The notes under the pieces: generated by a model
Database searches by the model: none
The model's input: only the letters and a program-made list of their open reading frames with translations
What the model was told of the DNA's origin: nothing
In this document: in pieces, positions 30,140-40,157 of the stretch
Layout: every line of letters begins with the position of its first letter
Position numbering within the stretch: the first letter of the stretch is position 1
Made by a program: the position numbers and the translations under genes
Assembly (NCBI GenBank): GCA_050294405.1
Contig: JBNKOC010000030.1
Span: forward strand, 32,001-96,000
DNA length: 64,000 nucleotides
Reading direction: 5' to 3'
From: Fibrobacteria bacterium
Lineage (GTDB): Bacteria > Fibrobacterota > Fibrobacteria > UBA11236 > JADFYW01

Positions 30140-30919
30140 ATGAATTACATAGACACCCACTGCCACATAGATGGCATTTTAAAGAAAAAAGAATTTAGCG
30201 ATTATCCCAAATTAAAAGCAGATCACTTTCCCCAAAATTTTGAGGGAGCAATAACCATCTCCTGCGATCCTAATTCCATTGAAGCTGTATTGGGGCTAAT
30301 GGAGTTTGAAGAAGTATATGCCGCCTTTGGCATACATCCCCATGATGCCAAAGAATATTCGGATTCTTTGGAAGAAAAATTAAAGGAATGTATGGCAAAT
30401 TCCAAAACCCTTGCCTGGGGTGAAATCGGGTTGGATTACCATTACAATTTTTCAGATCCTAATACTCAAAAAAAAGTTTTTATCCGCCAAATAGAGAAAG
30501 CCATTGAGCTGGATAAGCCCATAGTCATTCACACCAGGGAAGCAGAAGAAGACAGCCTTCAAATAATGAAGGAACATATTCCTAACAATTGGAAAGTGCA
30601 TGTGCATTGTTTTACGAGTTCGCTAAACATGGCAGAAAACTTATTAAGCCATTTTGAGAATTTATACCTTGGGTTTACAGGGGTAATCACCTTTAAGAAT
30701 TCAGAAGAGTTAAAAAAAGTGGCGGCGATGACCCCAAATGAGCGTTTCCTTTTGGAAACGGATGCTCCCTATTTAGCTCCAGTCCCTTACAGGGGTAAAC
30801 CCTGCCATAGCGGATATATTCCTTTTATTGCCGAAGAATTAGCTAAAATTAAGGCTACGAGTTTGGATGAAATTTACGCTCTTGCCAGAGAAAATACCCG
30901 ACAAATGTATGGCATCTAA
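30140..30919 (+). CDS. tatD: TatD family hydrolase
   Basis: DTHCH, GIHPH, GEIGLDY, IHTREA, HCFT, LETDAPYLAP. Confidence 0.93.
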   Translation: MNYIDTHCHIDGILKKKEFSDYPKLKADHFPQNFEGAITISCDPNSIEAVLGLMEFEEVYAAFGIHPHDAKEYSDSLEEKLKECMANSKTLAWGEIGLDYHYNFSDPNTQKKVFIRQIEKAIELDKPIVIHTREAEEDSLQIMKEHIPNNWKVHVHCFTSSLNMAENLLSHFENLYLGFTGVITFKNSEELKKVAAMTPNERFLLETDAPYLAPVPYRGKPCHSGYIPFIAEELAKIKATSLDEIYALARENTRQMYGI

Positions 30920-30925
30920 TGCGGA

Positions 30926-31339
30926 CTATTTAAATTCGGACTCGTCTGCTGTTTGAGAATTGCGCCTTCTTACGTTAGAACCTGAGCGGCGTTCTTCCCC
31001 TTCAATTAATTGTTTTTCAGCTCTTACATCTGCTACTTTTTGTTCCCACTCTTTAATGGCAAAATCAAGCTGAGAGCGGCTTTCTTTAATCTTTAAATTT
31101 ATTTCGCTCAGCTTGGTTTTAAGCTCTGCCTGCTGAAGCCGCAAAACTCTTTCGTTAGGAAACTTCTGCAAGTGGCCAAGGGTAATAAAGTACTCCTTTT
31201 CCAGCGCCTTTTTTTCTTTTAACAATTGGTTGTATTCGTTATATGATTTCTCTACAGCGGGATTGGATAGGCTGCAACTTAATAACATGGCCATTCCGAA
31301 TAGGAGGGATATTTTAATAAAATTTGAAACCATTTTCAA
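30926..31339 (-). CDS. Hypothetical coiled-coil lipoprotein
   Basis: Lipobox LLSC followed by a long charged helical region. Confidence 0.65.
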   Translation of the reverse strand: MKMVSNFIKISLLFGMAMLLSCSLSNPAVEKSYNEYNQLLKEKKALEKEYFITLGHLQKFPNERVLRLQQAELKTKLSEINLKIKESRSQLDFAIKEWEQKVADVRAEKQLIEGEERRSGSNVRRRNSQTADESEFK

Positions 31340-32279
31340 TTGTCCGGAAAAAAGTGACTTTTAATTTAGTTTCGATGGAATCAGCAATATCTTTGGTTAA
31401 CTCTTCTTTTCGAAATTCATAACAGGGAAGGCCCTCGTCTAAGGTCACAGAAAATCTCCAAACTCCATTAACCTCCTCTTCTTCCAGATAGCCTTTTTTT
31501 ATTACTCGGCCGTATTTATCCTGGTTTTCAAAAAAATCTCCCATTCTAAATTGGAAAACATCAAAGAGGTTTTTTTGATGGACAACAAAAAACTCTTCCA
31601 GCTCCAGCTGTAAATTTCTTTTGGCCCGATAATATACGGAATATTCCAGGCATTCTGAGGATATCTTTTTCCGAATTGCGGAAATGACCACCGAATCGGC
31701 TTTAATAGATTTCAGCTTTGGGTTTAACAGCGCAGTGTCCAGCTTTTGTCCGGTTTGATATTGACCAGGAGGTAGGAAGCGGCTAATGTGCCAGCGGTCT
31801 TGCCATAAGTCCTTAAAATAATTGCTGTCCAATTTGGAAATGAGCCTTTGCTTATAATTGTCCTGAAGTTTCATGGAATCTACCGTGGCGCGCAATTTAT
31901 TATAACCGCTGATGCTTGTTACATTGCCTTCCGAATCCAAATGTATTTCCAAAGGGAGCTTTTTTTGGATGTTTTCAGCCAACAAGCTTTTATTGTATCC
32001 GGCTGAGGTAAATTGCTTGGGACTCCAGCGAATGTAAGTCCCCGAATCGTTTTTTTCGACATGTACATGGGTATGTATTTCAAATCCCGTGCCCGGTTTT
32101 TCCCGTTCACGGGCTTCGGCAATATTTTCTAACCTGGGCGAAGAAAGGTATTCTTCAAATATCATATAGTTTAATTCGTCCGGCTTTTTGGGGTTGTAGT
32201 TAACCCCTGGTTTACAAGACCAAATTAAACAGCCCAGCAATAAAACAACTATTCTAAAATTTGAGGCAGATTTTTTCAT
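31314..32279 (-). CDS. Hypothetical lipoprotein
   Basis: Signal peptide ending IWSC; 321 aa, no recognised domain. Confidence 0.65.
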   Translation of the reverse strand: MKKSASNFRIVVLLLGCLIWSCKPGVNYNPKKPDELNYMIFEEYLSSPRLENIAEAREREKPGTGFEIHTHVHVEKNDSGTYIRWSPKQFTSAGYNKSLLAENIQKKLPLEIHLDSEGNVTSISGYNKLRATVDSMKLQDNYKQRLISKLDSNYFKDLWQDRWHISRFLPPGQYQTGQKLDTALLNPKLKSIKADSVVISAIRKKISSECLEYSVYYRAKRNLQLELEEFFVVHQKNLFDVFQFRMGDFFENQDKYGRVIKKGYLEEEEVNGVWRFSVTLDEGLPCYEFRKEELTKDIADSIETKLKVTFFRTIENGFKFY

Positions 32280-32314
32280 ATTCTCTAAAATTAAAGCAAA
32301 GCTTTAGATGTAGT

Positions 32315-33247
32315 TTAGGATAAAGTAAAATTAATGTGTTTCCAAAGCAATCGGCAGTTCTCCCCCCAAATTGGTTGCAAACTAAGGCCCCGGCGTTCCA
32401 TTCCTCTGAAATAAGTATTTTGACTTTTTGAAAATTTGCGGATCCGCAAATACAACTCCGTATTTAGTTGGTCCAGATTGATTTCCCCCATTAAATGGCG
32501 GCTTATGAGTTGGTATTCCAGGCCTAGCTGCTGCATTCTAGCGAAGGATAGCCCATTTTCTAATAGTGCTTCCACTTCTTTTATCATACCGAGCTCTAAT
32601 CTGGATTGTATTCTGCTTTGAATGTTGGAATGCAACAGGCTTTTTGGAGGTTGAAGCCAATAGATGTGGAAATGGAATGGAGGAGGAATGATTTTTTTGT
32701 CTGGAAAATCGGTTTTAAAGAAGTGGATTTCCAAAGCCCGTACAATTCTTTTTTTGCTGCTTAAATCAGTTTGGCTATGTAATAGAGGGTTTAAACTATG
32801 GAGTTCTTTTTCCAACTCTTTTTTATCTCTTAACATTTGCCGTTCTCTAAATTCTGGCTGCTCCGGGACTTCGGGAATTTGATAATTCCGCAATACCGAT
32901 TCGAGATACAAACCCGAACCGCCGCACATAATGGCTGCTTTTTTCTTCTGAAAAATTTGAGTCAATGTTTGATAGCAATCCTGCTGGTAATTATAGAGGG
33001 AGTATATTTTTTGGGGAGCTTCAATATCAATTAAATGATGAGGGATTTTTTTTCCGGCGATCTGGTATTCGGATAAATCTTTGCCTGAGCCTAAATCAAG
33101 TCCCTTATATACTTGTCTGGAATCTGCAGATACAATATCCAAAGCAAATTCATTTGCCAATTGCACCGCTAGCCGGGTTTTACCTGAAGCAGTAGGCCCA
33201 AGAATTACATAAAGTTGGGGCCGATTAGTTTGCGAATTGAGATTCAA
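32315..33247 (-). CDS. miaA: tRNA (A37-N6) dimethylallyltransferase
   Basis: GPTASGKT, SADSRQVY, HHLID, GGSGLY, RIVRALE, FSKSQNTYFR. Confidence 0.9.
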   Translation of the reverse strand: MNLNSQTNRPQLYVILGPTASGKTRLAVQLANEFALDIVSADSRQVYKGLDLGSGKDLSEYQIAGKKIPHHLIDIEAPQKIYSLYNYQQDCYQTLTQIFQKKKAAIMCGGSGLYLESVLRNYQIPEVPEQPEFRERQMLRDKKELEKELHSLNPLLHSQTDLSSKKRIVRALEIHFFKTDFPDKKIIPPPFHFHIYWLQPPKSLLHSNIQSRIQSRLELGMIKEVEALLENGLSFARMQQLGLEYQLISRHLMGEINLDQLNTELYLRIRKFSKSQNTYFRGMERRGLSLQPIWGENCRLLWKHINFTLS

Positions 33248-34427
33248 AATATTTTTCCAATTCTAAAATATATTCTTTATTTGGTCCGCAAAATAACAGC
33301 GCAATTTTTTGCATGGAAACTTTGTTTGAGCCCATATATCTGTTCAGGGGGCAACTTAGTAAGATTCCTTTTTTGGATTGAGGATTAAAATTATTAGAGC
33401 CTAGTTTACTCAAAATCATTGGATAACTTATGTTTGGTTTTAGTTTTCGAATTGGGTAAAGTTTCCAATGGGCCCATTCTGTGAGAGATAAACTTTTATA
33501 AATGTAATGGAATAAATGGCCCAGTGTCCGCCGGGAATTAATTTCCACCAAAGGGCGAAAATATTTTTTACCCTTATTGCTGTAGTAAAAGGAGTCGATG
33601 CCAAAGGGACCCCAATAACCAATGTTATAGAGCTTTGAACCGATCGCAGAAACTGATTTTTGCATCTCTTTTATGGGCAAGTTAAGTTGAGGATGAAACT
33701 CCATGCCAGTAAAACCTCCCTTTTTACTGGCATACAAGATATGTTCATCGGTTTTAAGGACTTTGCCATTTTTATCTAAAAAATAAAGAGATGCAAAATC
33801 CATTATCCGTTCTAATAGGGGCTCTATTACGAACCCTCCAAAATTATTTATCTGCTTTTTAATAAAATCCCAGGGAAGTTTTGTTTTTTCCAAAACTAAT
33901 TTATTGCCCAGGCCCGAACTGCTAAATCGGGCTTTAAATAACATAGGTCCGGATATTATATCCGCCACTTTGTTCACTTCTTCCAGGGATTGGACGGTAT
34001 AACTCAATGGCTCTATTTGACCGGATTCTCTTTCTAGTTGGGAAGCCAAAAAGCGATCGTTGGCTTTTTGAATAGCCTCAATCTTCGGAATCTCACTTAA
34101 CTTTTCGGGTTGGTGGGCCTTTAAAATTTTTAAACTATTACTGTCCCAACCGTGAGGGCTGTAGGGGGTTTTCTTTTCCAGATGGGGGAATTCTCTTAAG
34201 TTCAAATTTTGGTTTAAAATTTTTTGGATGTATTTGATATATTCGGGGTCGGCTCTGCCTTCCAGCAAACATATATTAGCCCCCAATCCATACAACACTC
34301 CCTGATGGGTCCATTCTCTGGAAACCTCCTGAAGCTTCGGACTAGTTAAGGGAGTATGCAGATTAAAATTAAAATCTGCATTTAAGTGAAACTGCTGGGA
34401 TAAGAAAGTATCAGGCAACCAGCTCAA
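33225..34427 (-). CDS. Uncharacterised ATP-grasp-like protein
   Basis: PHGW, LFKARFSSSGLG, FVIEPLLERIMDF, GYWGPFGIDSF, PLVEINSRRTLG resemble ATP-grasp nucleotide- and metal-binding motifs. Confidence 0.7.
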   Translation of the reverse strand: MSWLPDTFLSQQFHLNADFNFNLHTPLTSPKLQEVSREWTHQGVLYGLGANICLLEGRADPEYIKYIQKILNQNLNLREFPHLEKKTPYSPHGWDSNSLKILKAHQPEKLSEIPKIEAIQKANDRFLASQLERESGQIEPLSYTVQSLEEVNKVADIISGPMLFKARFSSSGLGNKLVLEKTKLPWDFIKKQINNFGGFVIEPLLERIMDFASLYFLDKNGKVLKTDEHILYASKKGGFTGMEFHPQLNLPIKEMQKSVSAIGSKLYNIGYWGPFGIDSFYYSNKGKKYFRPLVEINSRRTLGHLFHYIYKSLSLTEWAHWKLYPIRKLKPNISYPMILSKLGSNNFNPQSKKGILLSCPLNRYMGSNKVSMQKIALLFCGPNKEYILELEKYFESQFAN

Positions 34428-35973
34428 AATTTTCTTTAAGAAGTAAATTGACTCCGTTGCACATGGCTTTTACATTGGCCATAACTGTATCCATATCCTT
34501 GGAACGGCCAATTACATGGAGAGGGCTTCCATCGGGCATTTGTCCTTTTACGGTAATTTCCGATAAAGCAAAGGCTGCGAAATCTTTGTGTTCTACATCC
34601 AAAGCATGTTGCTTGTATTCCACCAGATGAAATTGTATCCCCAATTTGGTTAAGGCTTGGTAGCAAGCTTCTACTGGGCCGGTACCTGTAGTGGTCACCT
34701 GACTGGATTTTCCATTTAATTCAAAGCTGAATTCAAAATGCTTCCGGTCGTTATCTACTTCAAGATTTTGGAAAATCAAAGGGCCGTCCACTTGTAATAT
34801 ATGTTTATCATATACTTCAAGTATTTCATCTTGGCTTAATTCCCCCTTTGATTCGGAAAGGGCTTTTAATACAGGCTGCAAGGAACTGGCCTCTTCAATA
34901 GTTATGGGTAAACCAGCATTTGTTATGATTTCAAAAATGGCTGTTTTGCCGGATTGGCTGGTAAAGCCAAGACGATCGCCCTCTTTGCGGCCAATTAAAT
35001 TGGAGTCAATGGCCCTGTAGGCGCCCTTGGATTTTCCCTTGGTTTTAATGGCTCCATCTTGATGTATGCCGCTTCGGTGAGCCACCACATCGTGTCCCAC
35101 AAGCGGGGCTTTTTCCGGAATGGGAATTTGAGACCATTGGGACATTAAAAGAGCCGATTCGTATATTTCCCCAAAATTTAAGGGAACATCCACCTCGCAA
35201 TTGTATAAGGCACAGGCTACTTCAAACATGTTTGTGTTTCCGGCGCGTTCTCCAAGTCCGTTTAATGTGGTTTCCAATTGAGAGGCCCCTCTAAAATAAG
35301 ATTCCACAGTTGTGGCGGTAGCCATGCCAAGGTCGTTGTGGTTGTGCACGGCCACAGTGATGTTATCGGGCAAGGCCTTTACCACCTGTTCAACCATATC
35401 GCAAAAAATTTGTGGGCGGTAACGCTCCACCGTATTGGGAAGGTTAATCACAGTGGCGCCGGCTTCCGCCACGGCATGGAAAACCTCAATCACAAAATCC
35501 ATGTTGTCCTGGCAGTCCCCGAAATGTTCGGCAGAAAACTGAATGTCGCCTTTTCCGCCCATAACATCGCGGCAATAGGCCACAGCTCCTTCTGCAATTT
35601 TTAAAACTTCCTCGGGTTTTTTGCGAAGCACATGTTCCATATTATAGGAGCTCGTGGTGATAAAAGTATGAATCCGGGGTTGGGCGGCTTGTTTAATAGC
35701 TTCCCATACCTTTTCAATATCGTACTTCACCGCACGGGCCAAACCGGATATAACCACATTGTCAGGGGAAAGATCGGCCAAATGTTTGCATGCAGCGAAA
35801 TCCATTTCGCTGCTGCCGGAAAAGCCCACTTCGATTCCCTGCACTCCCAGCTTGAGCAGCTGGTTAAAAACCTTTTCTTTTTCTTTTAAGTTCCAGGGAT
35901 TTTTAAGGGCCTGGTTGCCATCTCTTAAAGTGACGTCGTAGAAAAATGGTTTTTTCGAATTTCCAACTGACAT
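34411..35973 (-). CDS. leuA: 2-isopropylmalate synthase
   Basis: DVTLRDGNQ, HNHNDLGMA, GLGERAGN, HRSGIHQDG, C-terminal regulatory domain; preceded by a Leu-codon attenuator. Confidence 0.93.
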   Translation of the reverse strand: MSVGNSKKPFFYDVTLRDGNQALKNPWNLKEKEKVFNQLLKLGVQGIEVGFSGSSEMDFAACKHLADLSPDNVVISGLARAVKYDIEKVWEAIKQAAQPRIHTFITTSSYNMEHVLRKKPEEVLKIAEGAVAYCRDVMGGKGDIQFSAEHFGDCQDNMDFVIEVFHAVAEAGATVINLPNTVERYRPQIFCDMVEQVVKALPDNITVAVHNHNDLGMATATTVESYFRGASQLETTLNGLGERAGNTNMFEVACALYNCEVDVPLNFGEIYESALLMSQWSQIPIPEKAPLVGHDVVAHRSGIHQDGAIKTKGKSKGAYRAIDSNLIGRKEGDRLGFTSQSGKTAIFEIITNAGLPITIEEASSLQPVLKALSESKGELSQDEILEVYDKHILQVDGPLIFQNLEVDNDRKHFEFSFELNGKSSQVTTTGTGPVEACYQALTKLGIQFHLVEYKQHALDVEHKDFAAFALSEITVKGQMPDGSPLHVIGRSKDMDTVMANVKAMCNGVNLLLKENFELVA

Positions 35974-35999
35974 TGTTTCCTCGTTTTAAAAATTAAACC

Positions 36000-36037
36000 A
36001 AAAAAAAAGGCCCACTCTTTTGAGGAGTGGGCCTTTT
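36000..36037 (-). terminator. Attenuator terminator (3:4 stem) of the leu leader
   Basis: Minus strand AAGGCCCACTC-CTCAAAA-GAGTGGGCC followed by T9. Confidence 0.9.
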
Positions 36038-36062
36038 CAACAAAAACAGTCTCACTCCTCTG

Positions 36063-36110
36063 TTAGAAGACTCCCAGAAGTAGCAAAGAATTGTTTTTAA
36101 AGCTGTTCAT
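36063..36110 (-). CDS. leuL: Leucine attenuator leader peptide MNSFKNNSLLLLGVF
   Basis: 15 codons with four consecutive Leu codons TTG CTA CTT CTG, followed by antiterminator and terminator. Confidence 0.88.
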   Translation of the reverse strand: MNSFKNNSLLLLGVF

Positions 36111-36116
36111 AACATA

Positions 36117-36145
36117 AGAATAAATCAAAATATCGGCTTTGTCAA
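36117..36145 (-). promoter_or_regulatory. Sigma-70 promoter of the leu leader
   Basis: Minus strand TTGACA-17 bp-TATTCT. Confidence 0.8.
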
Positions 36146-36230
36146 TAAGCAAGGGCTAAATTAATCCCGGCATTTATGCGATAAAAGCAATAGTTCCCAT
36201 TTTTTATAGCGGCAAAATTATATTTAGGCT

Positions 36231-36818
36231 ATGGGTTTATTTAAATCTTTATTGAAGAATTCCAATAAAAAATTGTTGGGAGCCTGCAAATTGGGAGATT
36301 TGGCTAAAATTAAGGAGGCCTTGGACGAGGGTGCTGATGTTCATTTTGAGTCAAAAAAAGGAAGCGCCTTGAGTGTGGCTTATGGAGCGGGCCAGAAAAA
36401 AGCCTGCTTATATTTGTTTGAACGGGGGCTTGAGCCCAGGGGCCGTTTGGTTGAACAAATTTTTTTGGCGGAGATTGAAAAGGACCCGCAATTTTGCAGT
36501 GAGCTCTTGGATTTTGGAGTGAACCCCAATTGCCAGAATAAATTTAAAGCCAGTGCCTTGCTTTTGGCCTGCCTCTATGGAAAAACCCAATTGGCCTTAA
36601 AATTAATGGAGAAAGCTGCCGATGCGGAGCTAGCCGATGAGGACGGCAACAGAGCTCTGATGGTGGCTGCTGCCAAGGGAAACGAGACTTTGGTGAAAAC
36701 TCTAATAACTAAAAATGTGAAAATTGATGCGAGAAATTCAAAAGGGCAAAGCGCTTTGGACATGGCCAGGGAGCGCCAGCAGCAAAATGTGCTCGCTCTG
36801 CTGGAAAAAACACCTTGA
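36231..36818 (+). CDS. Ankyrin-repeat protein
   Basis: GSALSVA, SALLLACLYG, DGNRALMVAAAKG and GQSALDMA repeats. Confidence 0.9.
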   Translation: MGLFKSLLKNSNKKLLGACKLGDLAKIKEALDEGADVHFESKKGSALSVAYGAGQKKACLYLFERGLEPRGRLVEQIFLAEIEKDPQFCSELLDFGVNPNCQNKFKASALLLACLYGKTQLALKLMEKAADAELADEDGNRALMVAAAKGNETLVKTLITKNVKIDARNSKGQSALDMARERQQQNVLALLEKTP

Positions 36819-36900
36819 TACCGGGAAATAACACTAAAATGGACATTTTCAGCCTGCTTATGGTAAGATTTTTTGAGAGGCAAAATCCGAACCCGGTAAA

Positions 36901-38475
36901 ATGGAAAATAGCAATTATAAAATTCCACTAAAAAAAATTCTGTATGTAAATACAGATATTCTGGAATACGAAAGGGTTCGCACCACCATAACAGGCGAAG
37001 ACCCCAGGGCGCCCGAAGTGGAATGGGCTCCGGATAAATTATCCGCCATACATTGCGTAAAAAAAAATAAGTACGATGTATGTCTTTTAGATTTTGAAGC
37101 AAGCCATGAAAAAGAGCTGGAAACCGTTAAAGAAATAAAAAACGCCAACAGTTCTCTTCCTATTGTATTGCTCACAGATATCCAAAGTAACATGCTCATT
37201 GAAAAGGCCAAATTGGCGGGCGCTTCGGAAAATTTGCTCAAAAGCAACTTGGATAGATACATTCTTGAAAAAACACTGCGTTATTTGCACCAGGTGGATG
37301 TTAATTTTTTGCCGGATACTGAAGATAAAAAAGACAGAATTATAAAGCTCACCCAAGCTATTGGAGCTGAAACTGGAGAAATAGCCCAGGAAATAAACAC
37401 CCTGCTCACTATAATTAATGGCTGTGCCAACCAGTTGCAGGAACATATTCCCCGAAATAACGAATTGTATAAATACATCGACCAAATCCAACGGGCGGTG
37501 TTTGGAGTGGATTACCAAACTCAAAAACTGTTTGCTATCAGCCGTAAAAATCTATTGTTGCCGGAAAAAATAGATTTGAGACAAGTTATTGAAGAAATGG
37601 AGCCCATGTTTCGAAGTATTGTTGGGGACAGGGCTTCCCTGGAAATCCACGCGGCCGCTGATGTGAAATTAATAAAGGCAGATAGAGGGCTAATAGGACA
37701 AGCCATAACTTGCCTGATTATTAATGCCAAGGAAGCTATGCCAGCACAAGAGGGACAAATTCTGGTGGATATACATAATGAATCCACATTGGATTCGGAG
37801 AATTCAGATGAAATCTCAAGCATGTCCCGGGATTATGTTTGCATATCCGTTGTGGATAACGGCTGCGGTATGGATTCCAATATTCAAAAACATATATTCG
37901 AACCTTTTTTTACCACCAAAGGCGCTTCCAAAGACAAGGGCCTTGGGCTTGCCAAAGTCAATTGGATAGTAAGGCAATCGGGAGGCTTTATCAATGTGGA
38001 AAGCTCCCCCAATGGCGGCTCCAGCTTTAAGATTTATTTTCCAATTATACACATCAAGGAGCACAACCCTTTTAACCCCAATCCCAAAGAAAAAAAGAAA
38101 GGATCCCGCGGAACCGTGCTCATAGTGGAAGATGAACAATCCATTAGAGAGCTTATAGGGGAAGCCTTAAGCGGTCAGGGCTATCATGTATTGGAAGCGG
38201 GGAGTTCCAAGGTCGCCCTATCCATTTTTGAAGCCCATCCAAATAAAATTGATGTGTTGCTAACAGACGTTGTGCTTCCTTTTCATTCCGGACCGGAAAT
38301 GGCCCGCGCCATAAAAGAAAATTTTCCGGAGACTAAAATTATTTTTATGTCTGCCCATGCAGACTTGGCCCATATTAGGCAAAATTACCATTTGGCATGC
38401 GAAGGCTTTTTGCAAAAGCCCTTTTCGCTGGAGGAGTTAATCCAAATGGTCAATCAAATTGTGGCGGCCCAATAA
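36901..38475 (+). CDS. Hybrid REC-HisKA-HATPase-REC protein lacking the phospho-acceptor His
   Basis: N- and C-terminal receivers; H-box reads GEIAQEINTLL; DNGCGM, FEPFFTTK and GLGL intact. Confidence 0.85.
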   Translation: MENSNYKIPLKKILYVNTDILEYERVRTTITGEDPRAPEVEWAPDKLSAIHCVKKNKYDVCLLDFEASHEKELETVKEIKNANSSLPIVLLTDIQSNMLIEKAKLAGASENLLKSNLDRYILEKTLRYLHQVDVNFLPDTEDKKDRIIKLTQAIGAETGEIAQEINTLLTIINGCANQLQEHIPRNNELYKYIDQIQRAVFGVDYQTQKLFAISRKNLLLPEKIDLRQVIEEMEPMFRSIVGDRASLEIHAAADVKLIKADRGLIGQAITCLIINAKEAMPAQEGQILVDIHNESTLDSENSDEISSMSRDYVCISVVDNGCGMDSNIQKHIFEPFFTTKGASKDKGLGLAKVNWIVRQSGGFINVESSPNGGSSFKIYFPIIHIKEHNPFNPNPKEKKKGSRGTVLIVEDEQSIRELIGEALSGQGYHVLEAGSSKVALSIFEAHPNKIDVLLTDVVLPFHSGPEMARAIKENFPETKIIFMSAHADLAHIRQNYHLACEGFLQKPFSLEELIQMVNQIVAAQ

Positions 38476-38478
38476 TTT

Positions 38479-39195
38479 TTATAAAGCCCCGCCAATATCC
38501 TTGCGGATTTTTTCCGTAACATCAAGGCTGGGCATGGATACCAACACCTCGTTTTCGGCGGGGACGGTGTACAATACATCGTAGCCATTTTTTTGGCCCC
38601 AGGTGCGCACTAAAGATTTCATTTGAGCGGAAATTTGGGAACGCAACTGAAATTCCCTATCCAGGGTAAGGGCTTCAATTTTTTGTACGAGTAATTCTAA
38701 CTCCTGCTTTTTTTGGGATACTTCTTCTTCCAGTTGTTGGCGGGTTAAATCGCTTACCCAGGCTTTTTTTACTTCAAGCCGTTCCATGGAAAGACCGAGG
38801 CTGGCGTATTTCGCCTCTACTTCCTGATTCCATTTGGCAATGGAGCTGGATAAATCCTTGCGCGCAGATTCTAAAAAGCCCAGATCCTGCACTAAAACAC
38901 TGGCATTAACATAACCAATTTTTGGGCTGTTTTGTTGTTTGTGAAAATAACCGTAAACCCCAAAGGCCATAGCCCCAACTACTGCCAAAGAAGTAATGAT
39001 TTTAGCGGTAATCACCCCTTTTTTCCGGGGATTGGGGTTGCTTCTTTTTGGCGCGGGTCCGCGGGTGGCTTCGTATTGCTGACGAAGGCTGGGTTTGCCC
39101 CTGGATTGGTTCTGTGTGCGCCTCACAGAGCGGTTTGTGTTATTTCTCATCCCAGTACCTTTATTTGTAACTTCATTAAAATAAACAATTTGCAA
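38479..39195 (-). CDS. OmpH/Skp-like protein with N-terminal basic region and TM anchor
   Basis: KIGYVN, long coiled coil, NGYDVL, LDVTEKI. Confidence 0.75.
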   Translation of the reverse strand: MQIVYFNEVTNKGTGMRNNTNRSVRRTQNQSRGKPSLRQQYEATRGPAPKRSNPNPRKKGVITAKIITSLAVVGAMAFGVYGYFHKQQNSPKIGYVNASVLVQDLGFLESARKDLSSSIAKWNQEVEAKYASLGLSMERLEVKKAWVSDLTRQQLEEEVSQKKQELELLVQKIEALTLDREFQLRSQISAQMKSLVRTWGQKNGYDVLYTVPAENEVLVSMPSLDVTEKIRKDIGGAL

Positions 39196-39372
39196 GTATT
39201 CATTTATAAAAAAGATTAGATATTTTTCTGAATCTAATACTTTTTAAGGACTAAATCCAGTATGCTAACCTATTTTTTGATTTTTTTTAACTGGTTGAAT
39301 TACAAAAATAGATTTTTACAACAAGGCTTTAAACCGAGACAGTCTAAATAGAGAAAGGTATATATTGAAATT

Positions 39373-39852
39373 ATGGCACATTCCAGTCCAGAAGAAATTT
39401 TGAGGGAGTTGGATATAACCCTTCCTGTTCCTACGGTCCGTGGCGCATATATTCCCAGCCTGGTAGTGGGGGATCTGATTTATGTATCTGGCCAGCTTCC
39501 CCTGCAAAATGGGGAACTCCAGTTTTCCGGTTCTGTGGGCAATCAAATTAATCTGGATATGGGGTATCAGGCAGCCCGGCTATGTTTTATAAATGCTTTA
39601 GGTGCATTGAGCTATGTGTCCACTCCTCTATCTGAAATTGCGCAGGTGGTGCAAATATCCGGTTATGTTTTGTCTGCCAACGACTTTTATGAACAGCCGC
39701 AGGTGATAAATGGCGCCTCTGATTTGTGCCTTAAAATTTTTGGAGACGCTGGACGGCACACCCGAATTGCAGTGGGGGTGAGCAGCTTGCCCTTAAACGC
39801 TTCTGTGGAAATATCTGCAATTTTTAAAATAAAAAGCAAAAATCCGGAATAA
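39373..39852 (+). CDS. RidA/YjgF family protein
   Basis: [40 protein letters not shown]. Confidence 0.93.
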   Translation: MAHSSPEEILRELDITLPVPTVRGAYIPSLVVGDLIYVSGQLPLQNGELQFSGSVGNQINLDMGYQAARLCFINALGALSYVSTPLSEIAQVVQISGYVLSANDFYEQPQVINGASDLCLKIFGDAGRHTRIAVGVSSLPLNASVEISAIFKIKSKNPE

Positions 39853-39890
39853 GTCTTAAGCTAAAAAGCCCTTTGGCCGATACTTAAATT

Positions 39891-40157
39891 ATGTGGTATC
39901 GTTCCCTGTATTTCTCTCTGGAAATTTATGGCGACTCCCAAAGGGGGTTTAAGGCTTGTGCTAAGTTAATGCTCAAAGGTCGACGAGCTTGTCTGGGGAC
40001 CCTCACCAGCGAGTTTAAGCATACTCCAACTCAGTTTAGCTGGGATCCTGGCTGTGTTTTTGATTCCACTCAAAAAGAATACCTGGAGCTCAGGGCTCAA
40101 AAAGAAATTGAAAATGCCTTGATTGAAGCTAATAACCGCTCTACCCAGCCTGGATAG
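39891..40157 (+). CDS. Small hypothetical protein
   Basis: 88-aa ATG-started ORF filling the gap between genes; no motif recognised. Confidence 0.4.
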   Translation: MWYRSLYFSLEIYGDSQRGFKACAKLMLKGRRACLGTLTSEFKHTPTQFSWDPGCVFDSTQKEYLELRAQKEIENALIEANNRSTQPG

